From: a virus
DNA length: 64,000 nucleotides
Direction: 5' to 3' (one strand)
IMG/VR virus record: IMGVR_UViG_3300042090_002148
The notes beneath the pieces were generated by a model that did not search any database, had not been told where the DNA came from, and worked only from the letters and a program-made list of their open reading frames with translations. Both the position numbers and the translations under genes were made by a program. Below, piece after piece: positions 35,895 through 44,825 of the stretch (position 1 is its first letter; every line of letters starts with the position of its first letter).

Positions 35895-37349
35895 ATGTCA
35901 TACGGTAAGAACGAAGAAGACCAGAAGCGCGTCAGCTCATTCCGAAGGGAGAGTGCCGCTTTCTCCAAGTCGCAGCCACGCACGGGAGGGAAGGCCAAGA
36001 TCCCGGCGTTCCTCGACGAGTACAAGCCCAGCACCAGCTGCATCGACACGGTGCGGCTCATTCCCGGCGCCTACGCGCAGGACAAGATCATCCTGGCACC
36101 CGACGCTGCGGGACAGATGGTGCCGACGCTCACGCAGACCACCTGCGACTTCATCAAGATCACCGAGCACTACGACGGGTACTACAAGAAGGGCTGCATC
36201 TGCAGCGCCGGCCCGTTCAACGATCGCGAGCATCGCAAGCCCTGCCATGGCTGCGACATCTTCTTCGCGACCGGAGCCCGCAACGAGAACGGCCGCTTCG
36301 AGTCCACGCGGATGAGCAAGCAGAACAAGTTCGTCTTCTCGGTCTGGGACTACGGGGTCTACCACAACAACTACCAGCTCGATGAGCAGGGCAACGTCCG
36401 CGCGAACAAGAACACCGGCAAGCCGTATATGCAGTGGCAGAAGTGCATCGGCCAGGGCTGCCCCAGCTGCCGCGCGGGCAACATCGAGACGAAGCAGGGC
36501 TGCATGCGCTGCTGGCCTCTGAGCTTCACCTGGTTCCAGGTGCTGCGTCAGCAGGACATCAACGTCATCGGCCGCAACTGCGTCCGCTGCCTCAACCAGA
36601 ACTGCATCAACAGCGTCTCCTGGAACACCACCTGCTGCGGAGCGTGCGTCATCGACATGCGCACCACGCAGATGACGACGGAGGAGATCAACAAGGTCAC
36701 CAACGACGAGTTCACCTGCCAGCGCTGCCGCACGACGGGCATGCTCAACGAGGTGTACGAGTGCGGCTACTGCGTGCAGCGCGGCCAGTACGGCGTGCGC
36801 GCATCTCTCTTCGACGTCGACCTCAACGTCACTGTCGTGCAGAGCGGCGTGAACAAGATCCTCCAGGTCACGGGCTTCACGGGACCGAACGTCATCCCCG
36901 ACGCCTGGAAAGAGTACCTCAAGCCGATGGACCTGCTCGCGCGCTACGCTCCGGACTCTCTCGAGTTCCAGGCCAAGCGCTTCAACGTGCAGCCCCCTCC
37001 GCCCCAGCTCGGACCGCAACCCCAGCAGGGCTACCCCCAGCAGTACCCGCAGCAGCAGGCGATGCCGCCCCAGCAGCCGCAGGGATACCCGCAGCAGGCC
37101 CCCCAGGGCTACGCTCCGCCGCCGATGCAGCAGCCGGCCTACCAGGCTCCGCAGCAGCCTGCCCAGCAGCCCTGGGCACCCCAGCAGGCAGCCCCGCCGC
37201 CGATGTACCCGCCGCAGCCAGGCTTCGGCCAGCCGCAGCAGGCACCCGCACAGCCGCCGCAGTACGCGCAGCAACCCCAGCAGGGCTACCCGCAGGGGTT
37301 CACACCGCCGCCCGCACAGCCGCCGGCGACGCCGTACGGTCGTCGCTGA
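35895..37349 (+). CDS. Putative single-stranded DNA-binding protein (gp32-like core) with Zn fingers and a Pro/Gln-rich tail
   Basis: VRLIPG..EHY..C..CHGC..KFVFSVWD layout; position between primase and polymerase; seven CxxC pairs. Confidence 0.6.
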   Translation: MSYGKNEEDQKRVSSFRRESAAFSKSQPRTGGKAKIPAFLDEYKPSTSCIDTVRLIPGAYAQDKIILAPDAAGQMVPTLTQTTCDFIKITEHYDGYYKKGCICSAGPFNDREHRKPCHGCDIFFATGARNENGRFESTRMSKQNKFVFSVWDYGVYHNNYQLDEQGNVRANKNTGKPYMQWQKCIGQGCPSCRAGNIETKQGCMRCWPLSFTWFQVLRQQDINVIGRNCVRCLNQNCINSVSWNTTCCGACVIDMRTTQMTTEEINKVTNDEFTCQRCRTTGMLNEVYECGYCVQRGQYGVRASLFDVDLNVTVVQSGVNKILQVTGFTGPNVIPDAWKEYLKPMDLLARYAPDSLEFQAKRFNVQPPPPQLGPQPQQGYPQQYPQQQAMPPQQPQGYPQQAPQGYAPPPMQQPAYQAPQQPAQQPWAPQQAAPPPMYPPQPGFGQPQQAPAQPPQYAQQPQQGYPQGFTPPPAQPPATPYGRR

Positions 37350-37364
37350 TCCCACAACCAGTAC

Positions 37365-37394
37365 ACGGCCCCCGCGTAGGGGGCCGTTTCTTTT
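37365..37394 (+). terminator. Rho-independent terminator
   Basis: Perfect 9-bp stem ACGGCCCCC-gcgta-GGGGGCCGT followed by TTCTTTT. Confidence 0.85.
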
Positions 37395-37405
37395 AGGTGC
37401 CCCAC

Positions 37406-39472
37406 ATGGCGACGTGGAACATCGAGCTTCCGACTGCCGACTGGTATCTGCCCGGTGACGAACGCATGGACGGCCTCGTGCGCGAGGTCATGGACCAGGA
37501 CCTCGTTGCCATCGACACCGAGACCACCGGTCTCTGCGTCTTCCGTGATGTTCCGTTGTACTGGTCGTTGGCATGGGGTGAGAACCGTCGCTGCGCGATG
37601 CCCATCTCGACGCTCCCGTACTTCGACCGCGCCTTCAACGACCCCAGCCGCGCCTGGGTCTTCGCCAACGCGAAGTTCGACGCACACATGCTGGCCAACC
37701 GCGGTGTCGTCCTCGCAGGCGCCTGGTACGACGTGGCCGTCATGCACGCGCTTCTCTACGAGGAGGAGTCGCACAAGCTCAAGGACATGGCCAAGGAGGT
37801 CCTCGGCTGGACCTGGCGAGACTTCTTCGACGTCTTCAAGCGCCTGCTGCTTCCCGACTACTCGCAGGCACCGAAGATCCTCCGTGGAGGTCGTCTAGGT
37901 GCGCAGCCCACGCGCCCCGAGACCAACGCTGAGATGTTCCTCCGAACGGAGCGGAACAACCTCTACGAGCTCGTCGACTACGCCTCGAACGATGCGTTCG
38001 GAACGCTGAAGATCTTCTGGGCGCTGCTCAAGGAGCTCCAGGAGTGCAACATCTACTCGCTCTACCCCGAGTGGCTGCCGACGATGGCCGACCTCTTCTT
38101 CAAGACCGAGGTGCCGTACACCAAGGTCCTCTGGCAGACGGAGCGCAACGGCTTCTACGTCGACAAGGACTACCTGGTCGGTGTCGGGACGCCGATGGGG
38201 GCAGAGCTCAACGACCTGAACCGCGAGATCACTCGCCTGGCAGCTCAAGTCGGGATGGTGGGCTTCAACCCCAAGTCTGTGGACGACCTGCGCAAGTACT
38301 TCATCGACATCAAGGGGCTTCGGCCGCTGATGATGACGAAGGGCGGCGAGAGCGGAAACAAGCAGGCCTCCATCGACAAGGGATTCCTCGAGCACTACGA
38401 GCACGAGGACGACATGGCGCACGTCCTCATGCGCCACCGTCAGCTCTCGAAGCTGAAGGGCACGTACATCGACAACATCGACGAGTTCCGCGACAACAAC
38501 GGGCGCATCCACACGAAGTACAACCAGGACGTGGCGCGCACGGGTCGTCTCTCTTCGAGCGAGCCCAACATCCAGAACATCCCGAAGCCCGACAGCGACA
38601 AGTTCAAGCTGCGCGGAGCCTTCAAGCCACAGCCAGGCGCCGGCACCTGCCTCATCGTCGGTGACTACAGTGCACTCGAGATGCGTCTTCTCGCGTGCGC
38701 CACAGTCACCAACGAGCACCCCAAGGGCGCCGAGGACATGATCCAGATCTTCCTCGACGGCAAGGACATCCACATGGGCAACGCGGCCATGGTGTTCGGG
38801 CCGCTGGTGAAACAGCGCTACGGCTGGGACCTGACCTACGACTTCATCAAGGAGGCGAAGAAGATCGACGGACAGGTGAAGGAAGGCAAGTTGCCCGCAG
38901 AGGCGATGACCGAACGCCACCAGATGGCGCTCACCTTCCGCTCGCAGATCAAGGCTACAGCCTTCGGCATCAACTATGGCCTGCGGGAAGGCAAGCTAGG
39001 TCGTCAGCTCGGCATCACCAAGGCCGCAGCGAAGGACGTCATCGACCAGTACATGGCGGCCTACCCGGCGGTGGACAAGTTCTACAAGGACGCCATCGCC
39101 GAAGCGCGCAAGCTCGGTTCTTCATGGACCGTGCTTGGCCGCCGCCGCACGCACAACGCCATCAACTCCCCGAACACGATGGATCGGTGGTCGGAAGAAC
39201 GGAAGGCGGTGTCGATGGCCATCCAGGGCACAGCCGCCGACGTCGTGCGCCTCGCCATGATCAACATCAGCAACGCGCGCCTCGACTACAAGTACGGCTG
39301 CCACATGATCCTCCAGGTGCACGACGAGCTCGGCTTCGAGTGTCCTCGTGAGACCGCTGAGGAGGCGCGCAAGGAGATCCAGTACCTGATGGAGAACGCT
39401 CTGCCCACGCAGCTGGCGGTACCCCTCGAGGTGTCGCTGGGGATTGGTGACGCATGGAACCAGGCAAAGTGA
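37406..39472 (+). CDS. Family A DNA polymerase with 3'-5' exonuclease, no 5'-3' nuclease, ~688 aa
   Basis: ExoI DTETTG, motif A GDYSALEMR, motif B RSQIKATAFGINYG, motif C QVHDEL. Confidence 0.95.
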   Translation: MATWNIELPTADWYLPGDERMDGLVREVMDQDLVAIDTETTGLCVFRDVPLYWSLAWGENRRCAMPISTLPYFDRAFNDPSRAWVFANAKFDAHMLANRGVVLAGAWYDVAVMHALLYEEESHKLKDMAKEVLGWTWRDFFDVFKRLLLPDYSQAPKILRGGRLGAQPTRPETNAEMFLRTERNNLYELVDYASNDAFGTLKIFWALLKELQECNIYSLYPEWLPTMADLFFKTEVPYTKVLWQTERNGFYVDKDYLVGVGTPMGAELNDLNREITRLAAQVGMVGFNPKSVDDLRKYFIDIKGLRPLMMTKGGESGNKQASIDKGFLEHYEHEDDMAHVLMRHRQLSKLKGTYIDNIDEFRDNNGRIHTKYNQDVARTGRLSSSEPNIQNIPKPDSDKFKLRGAFKPQPGAGTCLIVGDYSALEMRLLACATVTNEHPKGAEDMIQIFLDGKDIHMGNAAMVFGPLVKQRYGWDLTYDFIKEAKKIDGQVKEGKLPAEAMTERHQMALTFRSQIKATAFGINYGLREGKLGRQLGITKAAAKDVIDQYMAAYPAVDKFYKDAIAEARKLGSSWTVLGRRRTHNAINSPNTMDRWSEERKAVSMAIQGTAADVVRLAMINISNARLDYKYGCHMILQVHDELGFECPRETAEEARKEIQYLMENALPTQLAVPLEVSLGIGDAWNQAK

Positions 39473-39717
39473 CGACACTGGCTACAGCCGCAACAAGGCC
39501 CGAACTGTTGGCTCTGGCCGATCTCCTGTGTGCACCAGGACGCCCGGTATCTCCACGCTCTCTCCGTAAGTGGAAGTGGCGAGGGAAGAACACCTGGCGT
39601 CGCTGCCCCGCGTGCATGGAGGACAGGCGCAGCTTCGGCACGCTGTACGGCTACCGGATGCACCGGCGAGATGCACACGGAGAAAGACAGCGTGGAATGG
39701 GAAGGATGCTGCAATGA
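39469..39717 (+). CDS. Small C2H2-like zinc-finger protein
   Basis: GTGA overlap with the polymerase stop; CPAC..YRMHRRDAH. Confidence 0.45.
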   Translation: MTTLATAATRPELLALADLLCAPGRPVSPRSLRKWKWRGKNTWRRCPACMEDRRSFGTLYGYRMHRRDAHGERQRGMGRMLQ

Positions 39718-39881
39718 CCGTCGATGAAGAGTACCGCTGGCACACCGCGATGGTCATCGGAGCCATCATCCTCGCTGTTGCGGGCAGCATCGTCTACGTG
39801 AGCACCTGCGACGACTGCGAGGCCAAGGGCGGTGTGCTCGTCCAGACTGCCACAGGCTTCGCCTGCGTGGAGAAGAAGTGA
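39714..39881 (+). CDS. Small single-pass membrane protein, 55 aa
   Basis: ATGA overlap; AMVIGAIILAVAGSIVYV transmembrane segment; Cys-containing tail. Confidence 0.55.
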   Translation: MTVDEEYRWHTAMVIGAIILAVAGSIVYVSTCDDCEAKGGVLVQTATGFACVEKK

Positions 39882-40219
39882 TGGCCGTCACCGCTGATGA
39901 TCTACGCGCGAAGGGTTGGCATGTCGCAGTCCACAACGACTATCGACTGCGCGGTACTTGGATGACCTTCTGGTTGTTCACGAAGGACAACATGTGCGCA
40001 AAGGGGGAGGGTGGGGACGACGGCGACGCCCTCCTTGAGGTCCTGCAAGAGATCGACAAGCTCGAGGCCCGCGAGTGGGAAGAGGTCACAGGCGCGGCCA
40101 GGCCCTTCGCGAGCAACGAGCCACCCGGTACCTACGGCCTCTGCTGGAAGCCCATCGAAGGATCAGCGCGTCACTGCACCGAGTACATCAACCACAGCGG
40201 TAGGTGCAGCGTCCGATGA
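39878..40219 (+). CDS. Hypothetical protein, 113 aa
   Basis: 4-nt overlaps at both ends. Confidence 0.55.
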   Translation: MMAVTADDLRAKGWHVAVHNDYRLRGTWMTFWLFTKDNMCAKGEGGDDGDALLEVLQEIDKLEAREWEEVTGAARPFASNEPPGTYGLCWKPIEGSARHCTEYINHSGRCSVR

Positions 40220-40590
40220 ACAAGACCGAGCTCGACAGGAGGACCGCCCATCAGCTCGGCGTATCGATCCACGACGTGCGCGAGATCACCGACAGCTTCT
40301 TGCGGCAGGTCATCAAGGGCCTCCTCGAGCGCGGCGTCGGAGGCATCGTCCAGATCGACGGCTTCGGTACCCTGCACATCTCCCGTCGTGTCGGTACGCA
40401 GAACAACCACCCCGTCGTGAAGTACTATGTGAACCTGCGCAGAGCCGAGCCACTCACGCGCGCGTTGCGCGAGAAGTTCGGCAAGACGCAGAAGGAGATT
40501 CGTCATGGAAGAGAAGTACGCAGTCGACGAGAACGTCGATCAAGAGCAGCTCGAGAAGCAAGCCGCAAGCGGGTGCCCCGAGTGCGGTAA
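40216..40590 (+). CDS. HU/IHF-like DNA-binding protein
   Basis: MNKTELDRRTA..VQIDGFGTLHISRR. Confidence 0.75.
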   Translation: MNKTELDRRTAHQLGVSIHDVREITDSFLRQVIKGLLERGVGGIVQIDGFGTLHISRRVGTQNNHPVVKYYVNLRRAEPLTRALREKFGKTQKEIRHGREVRSRRERRSRAAREASRKRVPRVR

Positions 40591-40666
40591 GAAGGTCGAA
40601 CGACACGGCAACGTGCTCATGTGCCCAACCCACGGCAGTGAGCCCTTCGAGAACAAGAGGAAGTAG
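40505..40666 (+). CDS. Small zinc-ribbon protein, 53 aa (MEEKYAVD..EKQAASGCPECG..CPTHGSEPFE)
   Basis: Translated by hand; AAGGAG SD; stop abuts the RecA ATG; below the track cutoff. Confidence 0.65.
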   Translation: MEEKYAVDENVDQEQLEKQAASGCPECGKKVERHGNVLMCPTHGSEPFENKRK

Positions 40667-41917
40667 ATGAGCCGACTGACCGTCGCCGAGATCAGCAAGG
40701 GAGTTGCAAAGCTACAAGCGGGTCTGAACCGCAGCGCCGCCGAGAAGGGGGCGACGGTGTGCACCAACATCGACCTGGCGCCCAACGTCTACTTCACTCG
40801 TCGACCGAGCGGGATTCCTGAGCTGGACATCCATCTCGGCGGCGGTCTTCCGGCGGGAGGGCTCTCCTACTTGAGCGGGCCCGACGGCAGCTTCAAGTCG
40901 TCCCTCCTGTACCACTTCATCGCGGAGAACCAGCGCATCTGGGGGGAGCGCTCCTGCGTGGCCCTCGGTGTGAGCGAGGCCGCGCCCGACCACTTCTGGA
41001 TGCGGAAGTGCGGGGTGCAGATCGCCATCCCCGAAGAGATGATCGCCGAGCGCGTGCAGATGCGGAAGGTCAACGGCCTCCCTCCCTTCACTAAGGAGGA
41101 GCTCAAGGCCTTCCGTACGCCCACCGTGGGCAAGGTCATGCTCCTCCGCGGCGCCACCGGCGAGGAGCTCCTCAGCGCCATCCTCCAGTTCTTCGACTGG
41201 GGTGGCTGCGACCTGCTGATGCTCGACTCGGTGTCCGCCGTCCTCCCCGAGGCCGACGCCGACAAGAGCCTCGACGAGGCGCAGAAGCGCGCGGCAGCAG
41301 CTGGTCTCCTCACGAAGTTCTTCCAGCACTATCTGAACGGAACGACCGGCTACAACGGCACGAACAAGACCACGGTCATCTTCACGTCGCAGGTGCGCTC
41401 GAACTCGAAGAAGGCCGAGGCCCCCGGGCACATCGCGAAGTACCTTCCCGACTACGCCCCCCAGGGCGCGTGGGCCGCGAAGCACGGCAAGCTCATCGAC
41501 ATCCTGATGAAGCCGGGCGAAAAGGAGAAAGAGAAGGTCGCTGCGGAGCCCATGAACCTCGGGCAGGCCGTCGAGCAGAAGAAGCGCCTCACCCAGACCG
41601 GCAAGCTGGTGCGATACGAGATCCTCAAAGGCAAGGCCGGCATCCACGAGGGCATCACCGGCGAGTTCCCGTTCTCCTTCAACGAGAACGTGGACAAGCA
41701 GCGCCTGCTCATCAGCACGGGCCTCCGCCTCGGCATCGCTGAGGAGAAGAAAGGACTCGTGACGTACTACGACCTGAAGACCCGCGCTCCCATCCCCGAG
41801 CTCGAGAAGCGTCCGATGGACGAGCTCGCCGCCACACTGCGCGGGGACTTCGAGCTGGAGCTCTCGCTCCGCCTCATGACTCTCGCCAGCGTGGGCATCG
41901 AGTGCGCATATCGCTGA
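40667..41917 (+). CDS. RecA/UvsX-like recombinase
   Basis: SGIPELDIHLGGGLP, GPDGSFKS, LMLDSVSA, IFTSQVR. Confidence 0.9.
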   Translation: MSRLTVAEISKGVAKLQAGLNRSAAEKGATVCTNIDLAPNVYFTRRPSGIPELDIHLGGGLPAGGLSYLSGPDGSFKSSLLYHFIAENQRIWGERSCVALGVSEAAPDHFWMRKCGVQIAIPEEMIAERVQMRKVNGLPPFTKEELKAFRTPTVGKVMLLRGATGEELLSAILQFFDWGGCDLLMLDSVSAVLPEADADKSLDEAQKRAAAAGLLTKFFQHYLNGTTGYNGTNKTTVIFTSQVRSNSKKAEAPGHIAKYLPDYAPQGAWAAKHGKLIDILMKPGEKEKEKVAAEPMNLGQAVEQKKRLTQTGKLVRYEILKGKAGIHEGITGEFPFSFNENVDKQRLLISTGLRLGIAEEKKGLVTYYDLKTRAPIPELEKRPMDELAATLRGDFELELSLRLMTLASVGIECAYR

Positions 41918-42462
41918 GCCTCGAGGCACACGCAGGAGAGTGCAGTCGCTGCGAAGCGGAGGGGCAGGTCATCCTCCACTTCGCAGTGACGACGGACGAA
42001 GAAGTCGGTGACCTGCCCGCACTGTGCGTAGCCTGTGCCATCAAGGGCGGCGAGATCACCACCTACCTCGCGCCGCTCAACGAGAAGCCCTCGAGAAGGA
42101 AGGCCTTCAAGAAGGCGAAGAAGACCTCACTGAAGCAGGAGGTGGAGGTCTGCGAGCTCCTCGGCGCACGTACCCAGCCCGGCTCAGGGAACCAGGCCGG
42201 CGCCAAGGGAGACGGAAGGAGAAAGGGAGAGCTTCGCATCGAGGCGAAGTTCACCAAGGCCGCGTCCTACAGCCTCAAGCTCGAGGAGCTGGGAAAGCTG
42301 ATGGGAGAGGCCACGCACGGAGAGCTCCCCGTGTTCGTCATCGACTACCTCGATCCGGGGACAAGCAAGCTGCGGGACCGATACGCGGTCCTTCCGTTCG
42401 CAGATGCACAGGAGCTCATCGAGCTCAGGAGAGAGAAGAATGGCGCTACGAAGCATCGCTGA
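41902..42462 (+). CDS. PD-(D/E)xK Holliday junction resolvase-like nuclease with N-terminal Zn finger
   Basis: QE..GSG..KGD..IEAK; CSRC/CVAC. Confidence 0.75.
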   Translation: MRISLSLEAHAGECSRCEAEGQVILHFAVTTDEEVGDLPALCVACAIKGGEITTYLAPLNEKPSRRKAFKKAKKTSLKQEVEVCELLGARTQPGSGNQAGAKGDGRRKGELRIEAKFTKAASYSLKLEELGKLMGEATHGELPVFVIDYLDPGTSKLRDRYAVLPFADAQELIELRREKNGATKHR

Positions 42463-43321
42463 CCTCAACGGTCCGCCCGACGAGATCACGCGACGGATCA
42501 ACCAGGCGAAGCAGCTGTCCGTCCTCTACGACACCTACGTCAACACGACCCAGGACGGCCACGAGCGCGAGCCCGGCATCCATGCCTCCGAGCTCTATCC
42601 GTGCCTGCGGCAGCCGGTCTACTCGCTGACCAACACCCCACGGAAGCCGAAGGTCCAGAAGTACTGGAAGCAGCGCTTCAAGATGGGAACGAAGATCCAC
42701 GACATGGTGCAGGAGGACTTCGAGCAGATCTCGAAGGCCACGGTGCAGACCGAGGCCTTCCGCATCGCCACGGCGATGGCTCTGCAGATGAACTGCCGCA
42801 TCGAGTTCCAGAAGGAGGCCAAGGTCCGTCCAGAGCTCCAGGCCATCGCCGCGTACTGGAAGATCTACTCGGCGTGTGACGGCATCTTCACCTTCATCGA
42901 TCTGGACACCAACGAAGTCGTGCTCCGCGTCGGCCTCGAGATCAAGTCCGAGGCGATGGACGGCTTCGCCGCGCTCAAGGGGCCGAAGTTCGAGCACATG
43001 CGGCAGGGGCACCTCTACATGGGCTGCTACGACCTGCCGCTCATGTGGTTCTTCTACATGAACAAGAACAACCAGAACAACACGAAGTCGGAGGCTCCCT
43101 ACCTCGTGGTGTTCCAGCCGGAGATCTGGCAGGAGCTCGAACAGCGCTTCACCGAGATCCATACACACGCGTACAACGGGACTCTCCCCGAGAGGACGGA
43201 GACCGTCATCTGCGAGTTCTGCGCGTGGAACTACGTCTGCGAGCCCAAGGCAGAGAAGATCCAGGCGAAGCAACTCGTACGGAACAAGAACGAGTCCCTC
43301 CGCCCACAAGGAAAGGTCTGA
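42440..43321 (+). CDS. Cas4/RecB-like PD-(D/E)xK exonuclease, ~293 aa
   Basis: HASEL..C, GTKIH, CDG, LEIKS, QGHLYM, CEFC..C. Confidence 0.85.
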   Translation: MALRSIADLNGPPDEITRRINQAKQLSVLYDTYVNTTQDGHEREPGIHASELYPCLRQPVYSLTNTPRKPKVQKYWKQRFKMGTKIHDMVQEDFEQISKATVQTEAFRIATAMALQMNCRIEFQKEAKVRPELQAIAAYWKIYSACDGIFTFIDLDTNEVVLRVGLEIKSEAMDGFAALKGPKFEHMRQGHLYMGCYDLPLMWFFYMNKNNQNNTKSEAPYLVVFQPEIWQELEQRFTEIHTHAYNGTLPERTETVICEFCAWNYVCEPKAEKIQAKQLVRNKNESLRPQGKV

Positions 43322-43322
43322 C

Positions 43323-44003
43323 ATGCGCGAACCCAAACCAGCCCCTCCCCCGCTCGACCAGCCGTACCCAGAGGCCGGCGGGCTCCAGCTCCCTCGAGAC
43401 GTCGGCATCTCGGAGAGTCAGGCCGCCGCTGTCGAGCAACGATGGAGCGCCACCATCGCCCGTGTGAACGCTCGCCTGCACGCACAGGGCTTCTACGACG
43501 TCGCCCAGCCACAGCTGCAGTGCCCCGAGGTCTCGACCGAGGCCCTTCTGTCCACGGATCTACGAAGCTACACGGTGACCTACGCCGGGCAGCTGCAGTG
43601 GTACCGCTACACGGTGGTGCTGCTGGCAAAGACGCGCGCGGCGCTCCTTGGTGTCGAGAACGAGATGGCGGACATCGCTGCCAAGAAGCGCATCGAGTTC
43701 CGGAAGCAGAACCAGCACGCAGCGAAGGCCGACAAGCTGGGCGCCCAAGAGATGGCAGACCTCATCGACCAGGACCCCATCTACAACGACCTCAAGCTGC
43801 AGGAGCAAGAGCTGACGCAGTACAAGCTGCAGATCCAGGTGCGAGCCGAGACGCTCGAGGAGTCGCTGAAAGTCGTCTCCCGGCAGATCGAGAATCGCAA
43901 GATGGAGACGAGCGCCGGCGGACGCGAGCAGAACATGCCGTACGGCAATCGACCCCCAGGACCCCCACAACAGCCACCCCCAGGGTGGAGGCCCCACGGA
44001 TGA
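43323..44003 (+). CDS. Coiled-coil protein, possibly a UvsY-like recombination mediator
   Basis: Helical C-half (LIDQDPIYNDL..VVSRQIENRK); located among recombination genes; assignment is inference. Confidence 0.45.
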   Translation: MREPKPAPPPLDQPYPEAGGLQLPRDVGISESQAAAVEQRWSATIARVNARLHAQGFYDVAQPQLQCPEVSTEALLSTDLRSYTVTYAGQLQWYRYTVVLLAKTRAALLGVENEMADIAAKKRIEFRKQNQHAAKADKLGAQEMADLIDQDPIYNDLKLQEQELTQYKLQIQVRAETLEESLKVVSRQIENRKMETSAGGREQNMPYGNRPPGPPQQPPPGWRPHG

Positions 44004-44446
44004 TTCGACTCGAGCTGCCGTTCATTCCGCCGTCGTCGAACAAGGCGTACTTCAACCTTCCAACCGGTGGACGTGGACTCGCTACCGCGGGCAAGAAGTT
44101 CAAGAACGAGACCACAGCGCATCTTGCGCGCACCTACCCGCAGGAGCTCCGATTCTTCCAGGCGAACATGCCTTACCTGGTCGTCATCCGCTTCTTCTTC
44201 GAGGACGTGGAGACGAAGGGCTTCTCCAGCGGCAAGGCGAAGAACCGGTACAAAGTGTTCGACGGAGGCAACCGAACCAAGCTACTGGAGGACGTCCTCA
44301 AGGACGTGGGCGGCATCGACGACTCGCAAACGCTGACGTCGATCTGGGAGAAGAAGCAAGGTCTCCCTGAGCGCACGCTGCTCTGGGCCTGGAACCTCGA
44401 GGAGGAGGCGACGCCGTTCGATGGAGCACTCACAAGCCTCACCTAA
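44000..44446 (+). CDS. RusA-like resolvase, ~148 aa
   Basis: LPFIPPSSNKAY..DGGNRTKLLEDVL..IDDSQ. Confidence 0.8.
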   Translation: MIRLELPFIPPSSNKAYFNLPTGGRGLATAGKKFKNETTAHLARTYPQELRFFQANMPYLVVIRFFFEDVETKGFSSGKAKNRYKVFDGGNRTKLLEDVLKDVGGIDDSQTLTSIWEKKQGLPERTLLWAWNLEEEATPFDGALTSLT

Positions 44447-44810
44447 CCTGTCGTTCGAGTACCTCTACGAGCTCTACGCCGGCTGCAACGACAGCGAGCT
44501 CTATCAGATCGCGCGGTCTGCGGGACACACCGTCCTACCAAGCCTCAGCCGAGACGCTCTCATCCGCGTCATCATCGGCGCTGAAGCACCTCCTCCGTTG
44601 CACGAGCACATCGTCGACGAGTACCGGCGCGCCATCATGGCTTTCGTCATCGACCACCGAAAGGCACTGGAGACGCAGATCAAGTGCCCCGCGCGCTCAT
44701 TCAAGCCCGATGCGTGCTTCGGTTGTCTCGACCAGCAAGTCTTCAGCTGCCTCGTCAGCAACCCGAACCAGCAACGCCTCATCCAGCTCTACAAGAGAAA
44801 GCTCACGTAA
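44421..44810 (+). CDS. Hypothetical protein, 129 aa
   Basis: Cys-containing C-terminus; embedded in the operon. Confidence 0.6.
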   Translation: MEHSQASPNLSFEYLYELYAGCNDSELYQIARSAGHTVLPSLSRDALIRVIIGAEAPPPLHEHIVDEYRRAIMAFVIDHRKALETQIKCPARSFKPDACFGCLDQQVFSCLVSNPNQQRLIQLYKRKLT

Positions 44811-44825
44811 GGAGACCACCCACGC

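Noticed and set aside
38930-38990. Polymerase motif B variant (RSQIKATAFG, Ala instead of the usual Asn) as evidence of modified-base DNA
   Set aside because: No base-modification genes recognised in the window; a single substitution is insufficient
2279-39472. Group I introns or inteins in terL, RNAP, helicases or DNA polymerase
   Set aside because: Frames are continuous, motif spacing is normal, and no HINT or LAGLIDADG segments were seen
1640-41929. Long antisense or alternate-frame ORFs in the track (e.g. 1640..3514+, 12608..13864+, 14753..16156+, 22197..24038+, 35937..37355-, 40712..41929-)
   Set aside because: Arg/Ala/Gly-rich shadows of motif-bearing genes, expected from high GC3; no domains
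42440-43321. CRISPR-Cas locus suggested by the Cas4-like nuclease
   Set aside because: No cas1/cas2 and no repeat-spacer array seen; stand-alone Cas4-like nucleases are common in phages
44260-44340. RusA DGGN (second Asp lost) as a pseudogene sign
   Set aside because: The other catalytic-type residues (D, N, K, D, DD) remain and the ORF is intact; likely a subfamily variant
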